32,000 nucleotides of DNA from Methanobacteriota archaeon (lineage in GTDB: Archaea > Thermoplasmatota > Poseidoniia > Poseidoniales > Thalassarchaeaceae). Within the stretch, counting starts at the first letter, position 1. Every line of letters begins with the position of its first letter. Shown piece by piece: positions 24,401 through 32,000 of this stretch. Location: positions 1 to 32,000 of the forward strand of contig PBNI01000030.1 in the NCBI GenBank assembly GCA_002723045.1. Reading direction: 5' to 3'. The notes under the pieces are model-generated. The model did no database searches, was not told the DNA's origin, and saw only the letters and a program-made list of their open reading frames with translations. The position numbers and the translations under genes were made by a program.

Positions 24401-27400
24401 TGGGAAACCATCGCCATCGCCATCCGAGCCGATTCCGACTTCGAAGATGTTCAGATCCCCATTATTGTTCCAGTCCCTCTCTGATGAGCTGATGTAACTC
24501 CATCTGGTGATTGCGAACTCTTCTGGCTCGTTACCAAGGGACAGTGCTCCTGTGCTACTGCTACCTCCCCAGCACCTAGCCAGGTCGTTGCTACCGACCA
24601 CACATGTGTATGAGCCTCCGGATGATATTGACAGCGCACCTAAGTTCTGGCCCAGATCGACTGCCGCTGGAGTTGAGACTTGCTCGGAGTTGCTTCCATC
24701 GCCCACTTGGCCATCGGCGCTCCCTCCCCAGCAATGCAGTGAATCGCTAGAATCCACGGCACATGTGTGATCACGACCAGAGTCTATTGAAATTGCACCC
24801 GCTAGCGAGACCCCGACCGTGGCAGCATCGTTCTGTTGGTTGGTCCCGCCATCACCCAGTTGTCCCTTGCTATTGTCCCCCCAGCATTTGACGTTGTTTC
24901 CTTGGAGCAGTGAGCAGGTATGGGAACCGCCCGCGGATATGGCCACGGCATTTCCTCCTACTGTGACAGATGCTGGGCTGCTAGATGAGGCTGTGGACCC
25001 AATTCCAAGTTGTCCATTATCGTTGGAGCCCCAGCATTTCAGAGCCCAACTCTCGGTAATTGCGCATGTGTGACTGCCTCCTGCTGAGACTGCTAGCACA
25101 TTCTCCCCAATTGTCACTGACACTGGGGTGCTACTGTCGGTGTTCGTCCCGTCCCCAAGCTGGCCGTTAGTATTCCTGCCCCAGCACTGTAGGCTCGCAT
25201 CATCCATTATCGCACATGTGTGCCAGTCTCCTGAGGAAATCTGCACCGGTACTCCAGACAGGCTAGCCCCCACGGGTGAAATTGAGTGCGAATTAGTCCC
25301 ATCACCAAGCTGCCCGTAGTTGTTCCTGCCCCAGCACTGCAACTCCCCGTTGTCGAGTATTGAGCACGTGTGATCCTTGCCCGAGCTGATCGACGTTGCA
25401 GTTCTGGCCGCATCGAGGCTAACTTCCGTCATAGTCAGCCTATCTGTCGTGGTCCCATCCCCCAGCTGCCCGAACTCATTGGAGCCCCAGCACTGGAGGG
25501 ACGCATCGTCCAGTATCGCGCACAGGTGATCGTTCCCGACGGTCATCGTGGTTTCTGTGAAGATCGAACCCGATTGGAAACCGGGTTCGTTATACCCATC
25601 TGAAACTGGATGCCGCATATCGGTTAGCACCCCATCGCTAGCCGCCAAGTAGTACTTCTGCGACCCATCTACCACATTCGCCCCTGTCACGATGACCTCC
25701 CAGTCTCCAGCATCCGGTGAATCGACAGAAATGCCGACTAGATTGTTTACGTCATCGTTCGTATACGTCTGCAGGACACCCGTCGGGCTCTTCAGGAAAA
25801 TGTCCAAGTCATTCCTGAGTTGAGTTCCCGCTGAAGGAGAATTCTCGACCTCGTTCCACGAAAGAACGACCCTCAAACTGGAAATGCCGGAATCAGGAAC
25901 GCTCAATTTGAAAGAGTGACTATCCGATGTCGTAATATCGATTCCTTCGGAGATACCACTGCCCATGGCTCTCTCTAGATCCACCCTGCCCCATCCCTCG
26001 TGACTGTTCGGCGCCTTCTCTGCGGCACCATTCTGACCATCACCTCCAGAGCTGTACTGGCCGTCCATATCATGCGCCGAGGCGCTCAGAATAGCCTTCA
26101 CTAGTGCAGACTCAGGACAGTTGTCACTAGCAGAGCTGTATGCAAGGTTGCAGTCGTATCCATGCGAGTTCAGGTGCTCGATTACAAGTGCAACACTACC
26201 AGCAGTGATTGGTGTGGCCATCGAAGTTCCACGCTTCACCGTGTAATAGTCTCCGAGATCCGCGCCCGTGTCCCTGAGGGAGGTTTTTGTCGAGTGTATC
26301 CAAGTTCCAGGTGCTACTATGTCCGGCTTGATCCGACCATCGCTAGTGGGACCTCTGTTGGAGAAAGCCGCCATGCCTTCTGCGTTGTCCCCTTCCAGAT
26401 CGTTCTTGATCGGGGTGCCATACCAATCGCAATTCCCACATACGCTGAAGTAACTTCGTGAATGCATTGCCAGCGTGTTCCTAACGTTCTCCGAAGCTCC
26501 GACAGATAGGATGTTCTTTGCTGTCGCTTGCCTATTCAGGGCTCCCAGGTTAACCTCGCCGTCTTGGCCGCCTGGGCAATTTGTAGAGCCGAACGATGTG
26601 TAGTAGCAGTCCCTGCCATCATTACCCATCGCGAATAGGATAGTCAGGTCCTGGTAGTTATTTGCCGCAGCATCCAACTCCATCGTGTCTGTTGAGTAGT
26701 ACGCCCAGCATGAGGAGGTTGATCCGCATGCATCTGGCCCTACTCCCCATGAATTGGTGTGGACCCTGGCTCCAGCACCATGGGCCTCTGCATATGCGCT
26801 TTCGTAAGTGGGAGGGGCAAGTGAGCCGTCATTATTGCCATAGCCCACTGCTTGCATGAATAGTTGTGCTCCGGGGGCCATGCCGCTATTGTCCTCGCCA
26901 TCTCCCGAGTTGCTGCCATCCCCTAGTACGGAACCAGCAACATGTGTGCCGTGCCCGTTGTAGTCGTTAGGGCCACCAGTTCCATCGGGGCACGTCCCAC
27001 AGCCGTTGTATGAAACGACACCCATTATCCTGCCAGAGAAGTCTGCGTGAATTCCCGAGTTCAAGGTATTGCAATTGGAGAGGCTATTGCATTCTACAGC
27101 AGTGTCTAGGCCCGAGTCCATCACTGCAACGATTACTCCATCCCCAGTAACGGCCCCGCCATGGCTAACCATGTTCGATGATTCCCCCACCCAATCTGCC
27201 CCGATGATCTGAGAGGCCTCTTGGTTGTCGAACTCTGGAGAATAAATAGGCTCGATCCACTCGATGAATGGCTGTTCGGATAGCATACCGATTTCCTTCG
27301 AATCAACTAGAACATCTGCGAACCTTTCGAGTCTATAGTCAATCAATTCGACGCCAGTCTTGAGCAAATCAGTAATGTGGCCAGACCCGGAGAGAAGGAC

Positions 27401-27979
27401 TCGGACCAGGTACTTCCCGCCCTCCTCTGAGTCATCTTTGCTTTCACCTTGTAGAATCGGAAACGCGTCAGGAGCAATCTTATCGATATCAGCTAGACGA
27501 AATGCTCCAATTACTCCTGCTTCATTAAGAGTCGCAGGACTCAGACGAGGAACATCGCAATGGAATCCTTGAGGGGCATAGAAGGTCCTGCATTCGATGC
27601 CCATTTCTTCGAGTTCTTCTTTCCAGTCCGAGGGCAGGGGGTAATCGTGACCTAGTGCATGCCAGCCTGAGATAACAGACTCCCCCGTCACTTGCTCCCA
27701 CTGCTCGATCGGGACATAGCTTGCCGTCCTGTAGTATAGTGCGGCCTTGCCAGTATTCCCTTCGCCCCAATTCCAACCATGTGATGGATCTTCGAAATCC
27801 ACTGCACTTTGATCAAATGGCATGAAACTGGGTACCTCAATAGACTCCTTTGACTCGGGCCTTTCTTCCAGTTCTGGACGGTCTGTCCCAAACTGACTGA
27901 TTGACAGAATGGTGGGGAGAATCATGACTGCCACCAGTACCAGAGACAGGCGTGACCTCACCGCGTTGCCACTGGACAT
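21485..27979 (-). CDS. Giant surface protein: subtilase (S8) plus P-domain, 7-blade RCC1 propeller, Cys-rich repeats, second 7-blade RCC1 propeller, Cys-rich repeats, thrombospondin type 3 repeats, and a C-terminal TM anchor
   Basis: I prefer ATG 27979 (MSSGNAVRSRLSLVLVAVMILPTILS signal); the ORF is open to 28075. Catalytic triad motifs: VAVMDSGLD (Asp codon 27116-27118), HGTHVAGS (His 26951-26953), GTSMATP (Ser 26222-26224). NDLDIFLKSPTG is P-domain-like. There are 14 CWGxNxxGQLGDG units. C-terminal NWAIIAISISFIGIMGY plus a basic tail. Confidence 0.85.
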   Translation of the reverse strand: MSSGNAVRSRLSLVLVAVMILPTILSISQFGTDRPELEERPESKESIEVPSFMPFDQSAVDFEDPSHGWNWGEGNTGKAALYYRTASYVPIEQWEQVTGESVISGWHALGHDYPLPSDWKEELEEMGIECRTFYAPQGFHCDVPRLSPATLNEAGVIGAFRLADIDKIAPDAFPILQGESKDDSEEGGKYLVRVLLSGSGHITDLLKTGVELIDYRLERFADVLVDSKEIGMLSEQPFIEWIEPIYSPEFDNQEASQIIGADWVGESSNMVSHGGAVTGDGVIVAVMDSGLDTAVECNSLSNCNTLNSGIHADFSGRIMGVVSYNGCGTCPDGTGGPNDYNGHGTHVAGSVLGDGSNSGDGEDNSGMAPGAQLFMQAVGYGNNDGSLAPPTYESAYAEAHGAGARVHTNSWGVGPDACGSTSSCWAYYSTDTMELDAAANNYQDLTILFAMGNDGRDCYYTSFGSTNCPGGQDGEVNLGALNRQATAKNILSVGASENVRNTLAMHSRSYFSVCGNCDWYGTPIKNDLEGDNAEGMAAFSNRGPTSDGRIKPDIVAPGTWIHSTKTSLRDTGADLGDYYTVKRGTSMATPITAGSVALVIEHLNSHGYDCNLAYSSASDNCPESALVKAILSASAHDMDGQYSSGGDGQNGAAEKAPNSHEGWGRVDLERAMGSGISEGIDITTSDSHSFKLSVPDSGISSLRVVLSWNEVENSPSAGTQLRNDLDIFLKSPTGVLQTYTNDDVNNLVGISVDSPDAGDWEVIVTGANVVDGSQKYYLAASDGVLTDMRHPVSDGYNEPGFQSGSIFTETTMTVGNDHLCAILDDASLQCWGSNEFGQLGDGTTTDRLTMTEVSLDAARTATSISSGKDHTCSILDNGELQCWGRNNYGQLGDGTNSHSISPVGASLSGVPVQISSGDWHTCAIMDDASLQCWGRNTNGQLGDGTNTDSSTPVSVTIGENVLAVSAGGSHTCAITESWALKCWGSNDNGQLGIGSTASSSSPASVTVGGNAVAISAGGSHTCSLLQGNNVKCWGDNSKGQLGDGGTNQQNDAATVGVSLAGAISIDSGRDHTCAVDSSDSLHCWGGSADGQVGDGSNSEQVSTPAAVDLGQNLGALSISSGGSYTCVVGSNDLARCWGGSSSTGALSLGNEPEEFAITRWSYISSSERDWNNNGDLNIFEVGIGSDGDGDGFPSTEDSDDSNPTVAADCSSGYYGRFTCRQATPGYFVSGTGNTVMTPANPGHYVVLYGQSSEVECDVGEFQRLSGQTSCDDAEPGYYVPASGAAEGTPCPAGQYNDLFGQSSVDACKWAESGHSVPVLLQMTSGASHSCAILDDGSVSCWGDNGNGQLGDGSRAPSLEPEKSSMPLGRKAIGVSAGSYHTCSVFDDGSVRCWGSNEFGQLGDGTEIERTSPVAVDLGHGKSALGISSGESHTCAVLNDHSVKCWGQNSNGQLGDGTTEDRSSPVLSDLGGESAILVSTGSYHTCAIMSDRTVMCWGDNWNGQLGDGTNSDRSTPVEISIPSNSSAVSLDAGSMHTCLGMNDGSMFCWGYNAYGQLGNGGNGNSNSPMAVPLSTNQLLSSVQVGLFHSCALFDSGEVACWGDNSNGQLGDGSQIGRTVPTIVSLSENATSVSVGQRHSCVILVDASLHCWGANEAGQIGDGTSSNRDSPTSVDLGHGSKEQLPCAPGSYQPDPSQTTCILADRGFMVPQSGQTTQTGCVAGYYASLKGQSACTAASRGYYVPEAQSTSQTPCPSGQSTLEEASTFFDLCFSDFDGDGIPDQFDTDADNDGVPNNEDYDWLDPDVSADSDGDRIPDSIDVDDDNDGVNDTDDPFPSDQSEWEDKDGDGIGDNADQDDDGDGIRDIFDVFPNDGNEWSDADGDGIGDNSDADDDNDGRCDDTTYWRPDLVPPSNSGPSQDGDSIPDCFASAKGDAFPFDANETDDTDGDSIGNNVDTDCDGDGWLNPVPCTMNSDGADGTDAFPLDDWRWSDSDGDGHADQGPNSDAFPDDPTEWMDSDRDGVGNNADECPLLTGIGPSTEDYLNLLAIPGNDLGCPIQALLGDDIVVDEVDSDGGGFDGSEAPDFDGDDIPDLLDDDDDNDGIPDLEDGVLGDEQWSRDPFRPFTTENWAIIAISISFIGIMGYRVVGWKSRGISSIRSKKIRIK
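21660..22670 (-). repeat. Coding array of thrombospondin type 3-like Ca-binding repeats (DxDxDG..D)
   Basis: More than a dozen DFDGDG / DADNDG / DKDGDG / DSDGDG-type units. Confidence 0.75.
22950..24010 (-). repeat. Coding tandem array: RCC1-like blades 8-14
   Basis: Seven further CWG units, from SCWGDNGNG to HCWGANEAG. Confidence 0.8.
24530..25560 (-). repeat. Coding tandem array: RCC1-like blades 1-7
   Basis: Seven CWG(S/R/D/G)N..GQLGDG units at about 150-nt spacing; ccccagca recurs on the + strand. Confidence 0.8.
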
Positions 27980-27981
27980 AC

Positions 27982-28002
27982 TCCTCCTACGAAGTAGGAG
28001 GA
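27982..28002 (-). promoter_or_regulatory. Perfect 9-bp hairpin pairing GGAGGA with UCCUCC immediately 5' of the giant gene's ATG
   Basis: TCCTCCTAC-gaa-GTAGGAGGA on the + strand. On the mRNA strand it reads UCCUCCUAC-UUC-GUAGGAGGA-GU-AUG. Confidence 0.35.
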
Positions 28003-28083
28003 CATTAAAATTGCCTCCGATCTTAATCTTCGACTCCTCCAAATTCACCTCACCTTCCAGTACCCTCGTTCGCAAAATCTATT

Positions 28084-30252
28084 GTGAAAAATATCACATA
28101 CGCCCGACCCGCTCGTCTGTTTCCAATGGGCGAAGACATCCTTCCTTCAGCGTCCCTCGAGGATGAGGAAAAACAACTTACTGGAGCATCTTCTAACTCC
28201 GAAGCTGAAGAAAGGATTGACGTAGAATTAGATAGGATTAGGGATAGGAGGGAGAACCCGGGTCAGAGCTTTCTGTACAATACGGTTGTTCCCCAGAAAT
28301 TCGACGACTACACATTGGTCTTTGGATTGATTGCTGGACTCATTTTCTTCGGGTCCATCACTATCGCCTCATCGGGCCTAATCCTCGGCAATTCTATTGT
28401 GATTGACGATACTTTATCGGGAACTCCACTAGATCCAAACGATTGCGTCGACAAAAGAGGAGAGGTTTGGATTGATACGTGGGTAGATCATGATGATTTG
28501 CAAATCGAAAGTCACAATGTCCCACCATCTTCTTCTGCAATTTTTGTCTATGTCTGGAACGCATCCTCAATGGGGACAGAAGGAACCCCTCCCGACGCCG
28601 TTATCGATTCTCTAGTTGGTGGCTTGGGAGATCTGGAGTTGGAACTAAACAAGGAAGATTTGGCTGACGGCGAGTACGTCCTCAGAATACTGGTGCTTTA
28701 TTCGGAAAACAGCTCTTATGACTGGTCCGATCTCTCCGCTGCGGAACTATCTGAGAAGCTAAATGACTCGTCTACCAAAGAGGACAGGTATGGAATCGCC
28801 ACTAAGGATTTGGAAATAGAGTTGCATACTAGTGAGTCTTCCTCCATCTTCGGATCCGGTGAAAATCATAGGAAGATGGAGGAATTCGACGATGAAAAAA
28901 GAGCCTGTTTAACTATCCAGAGAATGGGGGTCTGGGGCTGGGGGCTGATGGGTGCAGAGTGGGTTGGAGGTAGGGAGACTGCTATGCTTACAGGGGGGAA
29001 CGCAGAAATTCCGCCTTGGTACATGGCGATAGTATCACTTGGGATGTCCGTGTTCTTCCTTTGTGTCCAGTATCCACTTATGCACAGGTTGTACCATAGA
29101 GAGACAGACGATCTTCTATCAAGTGAGCAGATGAAAAGACTGATTTGCAGAACGATTGAAAATGCCTGCAAAAGGCTTCAGATAAATCCTGATCTGGAAT
29201 CAATTAGAGTCCAGGATAGGGCAATTTCAGTCGATGTTTTCCTGCGGTATAGAACCACGAGGAAAACCATCATGTCTCCGATTGAGGTGAAAGGTACAAT
29301 CATCAAAGATATTCTCAACGAGTTCCGAATATTCGGAGAGATGAGGCCGCTTCAGATAAAGACGGTTTGCACAGACTCAAATGCAGACTCTGGAGAGACA
29401 CCAGATTTCGACACATTGGGCACCGTCAGTCTAGCCGATGACTACAGTGTCTTCTTTTCCTCAATAGGCCAGTTTGGTAAACTAGAGGAGTCATTCAGAG
29501 AAAGCATGTCGAGATGGTTCAGGAAACACGACGTAGCAGACTATGGATCTGCAATTATGGCCGATGAGGATGCCGTGTTCGTTAGGGTAATCTACAGGCC
29601 AGTAATGAAGTTCGCATATTTCCTATTCAAGCCCACTTACGAGCACTTGCAGGGTGATCTGAGAACACAACTCGGATCAGACTTGGAACATCTCTTGGAA
29701 GGGAGGGAACTGGTAGTTAGTGCTAGAAATGAGAAATCAACACTTGGAGATAGAGCGGTCGCCGGAAGAGTCGAGCAGGGTTCAGAAGAGCACACAGGGG
29801 AAGCAATGGTGGCTAAGCGAGACGGTATTCCAGGCGCCCTGTTGCAGAACCCATTCATGGGCGACATCCTATCATCGGTTGAGTACGTGGCTCACAAGAA
29901 TAGGAAAAGAATCGACAAGTATGGCTTCTGGGGGCTGATAGTTTTCGTCTGGATACCTTTCATGGCTAGTGGCGTACTAGTGGGGGCAATGCTGGGTCTT
30001 GTGGCCCGAATGAGATTCCAGAGGGTCCTAGCTGCATGCTTTATCGGAGGTACGGCCGCATCGGTCACTTGGGCATATACTGCACGAGGTATTATCGAGG
30101 TGATGGAGAGGTATCACGCAGAGGCTTTCATCCCTTTCATCATCCTCCTGGCTATAGGATTCACATGGCTCAAAATTAGGGATAACAAAAGACACAGAAG
30201 GGAAGAGTTGTTCAAGGATTCCATGTCATTCTTTGCCGGGGCTTCGGAGTAG
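28084..30252 (+). CDS. Multi-pass membrane protein of unknown function; C-terminus resembles the small multidrug-export (COG2426-like) membrane domain
   Basis: 722 aa. GTG 28084 or ATG 28123 as start. TM segments LVFGLIAGLIFFGSITIASSGLIL and MAIVSLGMSVFFLCVQ. C-terminal GLIVFVWIPFMASGVLVGAMLGLVARM. The family call is weak. Confidence 0.6.
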   Translation: MKNITYARPARLFPMGEDILPSASLEDEEKQLTGASSNSEAEERIDVELDRIRDRRENPGQSFLYNTVVPQKFDDYTLVFGLIAGLIFFGSITIASSGLILGNSIVIDDTLSGTPLDPNDCVDKRGEVWIDTWVDHDDLQIESHNVPPSSSAIFVYVWNASSMGTEGTPPDAVIDSLVGGLGDLELELNKEDLADGEYVLRILVLYSENSSYDWSDLSAAELSEKLNDSSTKEDRYGIATKDLEIELHTSESSSIFGSGENHRKMEEFDDEKRACLTIQRMGVWGWGLMGAEWVGGRETAMLTGGNAEIPPWYMAIVSLGMSVFFLCVQYPLMHRLYHRETDDLLSSEQMKRLICRTIENACKRLQINPDLESIRVQDRAISVDVFLRYRTTRKTIMSPIEVKGTIIKDILNEFRIFGEMRPLQIKTVCTDSNADSGETPDFDTLGTVSLADDYSVFFSSIGQFGKLEESFRESMSRWFRKHDVADYGSAIMADEDAVFVRVIYRPVMKFAYFLFKPTYEHLQGDLRTQLGSDLEHLLEGRELVVSARNEKSTLGDRAVAGRVEQGSEEHTGEAMVAKRDGIPGALLQNPFMGDILSSVEYVAHKNRKRIDKYGFWGLIVFVWIPFMASGVLVGAMLGLVARMRFQRVLAACFIGGTAASVTWAYTARGIIEVMERYHAEAFIPFIILLAIGFTWLKIRDNKRHRREELFKDSMSFFAGASE

Positions 30253-30305
30253 TGAGTCACTAAAGAGGGATGTTAATTTGGAATAATTCGATTATGGTGA
30301 AATAG

Positions 30306-30986
30306 ATGGAAACGATATTGAAAATGCGCAACATTAGACGGCATTATGTGATGCCATCCGGGACTGTGAAGGCCCTCGATGGAATCGATTTGGAAGTTAG
30401 TGAAGGAGAGCGAATCATCCTCTTAGGACCTTCGGGTTCTGGGAAGACCACCCTCCTAAACTGCCTCTCTGCTTTGGATAGCCCAACCTCTGGAAGCTAC
30501 TCTTTCTCAGGATCATTAGTGCCTTCAAACGACTCAGAGAAAATGACAAAATTCAGGAGGGACAACATAGGATACGTCTTCCAATTCTTCAATCTCCTCC
30601 AGGATCTAACCGTTCTGGAGAATCTCCTGCTTATCCAGGAACTAGCCGGGAGTAGGGATGAGGCGAGGGCTAGAGAATTACTAGGCTTGGTCGGCCTTGC
30701 TGATGAAATCGATCGATTTCCTGCGGAGATTAGCGGAGGCCAGCAGCAGCGGGTCGCTATTGCAAGAAGCCTAGCCAAGACTCCTCGCCTTCTACTAGGT
30801 GATGAACTAACTGGAAACCTAGACTCGAAGACCTCCACTGCAGTCATGGAAGTACTAGTCAAGGCATGTGAAGCAGAGGGAATAACCTGCGTTTTCGTAA
30901 CCCATGACGAGTCCTTGGTCGAATTCGCAACCCGGGTAATCAGAATCGATAGCGGTAAGATTCTCTCTGACGAGAATGTAGAGTGA
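30306..30986 (+). CDS. ABC ATP-binding protein, MacB/LolD-type
   Basis: GPSGSGKTTLLN, GYVFQFFNLL, ISGGQQQRVAIARSL, LLLGDELTGNLD, VTHD. Confidence 0.9.
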   Translation: METILKMRNIRRHYVMPSGTVKALDGIDLEVSEGERIILLGPSGSGKTTLLNCLSALDSPTSGSYSFSGSLVPSNDSEKMTKFRRDNIGYVFQFFNLLQDLTVLENLLLIQELAGSRDEARARELLGLVGLADEIDRFPAEISGGQQQRVAIARSLAKTPRLLLGDELTGNLDSKTSTAVMEVLVKACEAEGITCVFVTHDESLVEFATRVIRIDSGKILSDENVE

Positions 30987-30987
30987 G

Positions 30988-32000
30988 ATGCATATGCTAG
31001 TCCTCCTAACCAAGCGACTCGCGAGGAGCCTACTGAGGACGAAGCTCAGGCTTGCTGCAGTATCTGCAATGGTCATGGTCGCAGTTTTCGCTGGGATTTC
31101 ATTCGCCGCTTACGCTCACACCGTTTCTGGGATGTACGATGAAATCTACGAAGACAGCGACCAAGGTGTCAATCTTCCAGATGTATGGGTGGAGAATCCT
31201 AGCGGAACATGGGACGCCAATATGTCGAATATGATCTGTGAGGAGATCTCCAACGAATGGCCGGACTCATCACTAGTCCTGAATGACTGCGAACCACGAC
31301 TGAGACTGGACGGGACAATGTTCCATAGCATAATCGAAGACGCATCAGAGTCAGAAAAACTAGTCCCAGCTGTTTGGCACGGAATAGACGAGGGCCGTAT
31401 CGATAGGGTGTGGATCCCTGAACACGACTGCTGTTCCGGAAGACTGGCTTCTTCAGATTCCGAGATTGTAATCGACCAAAGAGTAGCATCAGGCATGGAG
31501 ATTGAATTGGGGGACAATGTCTCTATAGGCGCAGGATCAGGGAGGATGTCTTTCACAGTAGTCGGGATAGGTTTCCAATCCAACCACCTCTACTTCGCAC
31601 CAGAGGGGTCACTGTTTCCGGCAGAACCCGGGACATTCGCTACTGGATACCTCTCCTCCAGTGGTCTTGAGAGACTTGCAAACATAAGTTCAGGATCCTC
31701 CAACATTATCCTGATTGACGTATTGGGGACCCCTGATTATGACATACCTACTACGGATGAAGATGAAGGCACAGATCTTTCTCCCCTAGTCTCTTCAATT
31801 GATGAGACGATTTCTAACTTGGAAGACAACCCGTCATTGGTTTACGATCGTTCACAAGTCTTCTCCGTGGAGATTCTTCGCGCCGATGCCGAAGGTGCTA
31901 TGTTGTTCTACGTCCCAGTAACAGGGATGATAGCGGCTATAGCTGGAATCACGATCTTCCTAAGCCTGCAGAGACTTGTCCAGTCCCAGTCAAGAGAGAT
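30988..32000 (+). CDS. FtsX/MacB-type ABC permease with a large extracytoplasmic domain (3' end cut by the window edge)
   Basis: Absent from the ORF track because it runs off the edge. My translation from ATG 30988 reads MHMLVLLTKRLARSLLRTKLRLAAVSAMVMVAVFAGISFAAY..., has no stop to 32000, and ends ..AAIAGITIFLSLQRLVQSQSRE (FtsX-type helix plus an RxxxREIG-like start). Confidence 0.75.
   Translation, partial: MHMLVLLTKRLARSLLRTKLRLAAVSAMVMVAVFAGISFAAYAHTVSGMYDEIYEDSDQGVNLPDVWVENPSGTWDANMSNMICEEISNEWPDSSLVLNDCEPRLRLDGTMFHSIIEDASESEKLVPAVWHGIDEGRIDRVWIPEHDCCSGRLASSDSEIVIDQRVASGMEIELGDNVSIGAGSGRMSFTVVGIGFQSNHLYFAPEGSLFPAEPGTFATGYLSSSGLERLANISSGSSNIILIDVLGTPDYDIPTTDEDEGTDLSPLVSSIDETISNLEDNPSLVYDRSQVFSVEILRADAEGAMLFYVPVTGMIAAIAGITIFLSLQRLVQSQSRE

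Noticed and set aside
22950-25560. Regularly spaced repeats of about 150 nt (ccccagca...) that could look superficially like a repeat-spacer array
   Set aside because: They are in-frame coding repeats (RCC1 blades) within one continuous ORF. The repeat units are degenerate and there is no CRISPR-like structure.
28083-28098. TGTGA-N6-TCACA, identical to the E. coli CRP half-site consensus
   Set aside because: It occurs only once, in a probable archaeon where CRP-type regulation is not expected, overlaps a candidate GTG start, and is a short 5-bp palindrome that can arise by chance. It is noted only in case a box search finds more copies.

Overview
Gene-dense segment, roughly 90 percent coding, with no rRNA, CRISPR array or recognisable mobile element. 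All family calls come from reading the supplied translations by eye and comparing motifs from memory; nothing was searched or computed beyond hand counts. The host is probably an archaeon, plausibly a marine planktonic euryarchaeote. This is inference from a Gar1 homologue, a class II tRNA-Leu, acidic surface proteins rich in N-x-S/T sequons, and a bacterial-type GpsA. The main content (about 2.4-18.4 kb) looks like an iron-acquisition supercluster. (1) A membrane-anchored binding protein carries eukaryotic transferrin-lobe motifs, with all four Fe ligands apparently conserved, and lies divergent to PhnC/PhnE-type ABC genes. (2) A second, tandem two-lobe transferrin-like lipoprotein has a second lobe that has lost most ligands. 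(3) Ferrochelatase lies divergent to an uncharacterised lipoprotein. (4) An identical 17-nt palindromic DtxR/IdeR-like box sits in both divergent promoters, with a third perfect 7-2-7 variant abutting a start codon. (5) An Isd-like candidate haem-uptake operon encodes a C-terminally anchored surface protein, a cluster-A binding protein, a FecCD permease, an ATPase, flavodoxin and a HugZ-like protein. The rest of the window holds an S15-family peptidase, gpsA, tRNA-Leu(UAG) and a 2164-2196 aa surface protein (subtilase, P-domain, two 7-bladed RCC1 propellers, Cys-rich repeats, thrombospondin type 3 repeats, membrane anchor). It ends with a large membrane protein and a MacB-type ABC pair that runs off the 3' edge. 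Oddities: the second ABC ATPase has no canonical start codon upstream of its Walker A motif, next to a G6 run; Gar1 has a eukaryote-like Gly/Arg tail; two surface proteins share an LPS-type C-terminal signal; spot counts show strong GC mosaicism.
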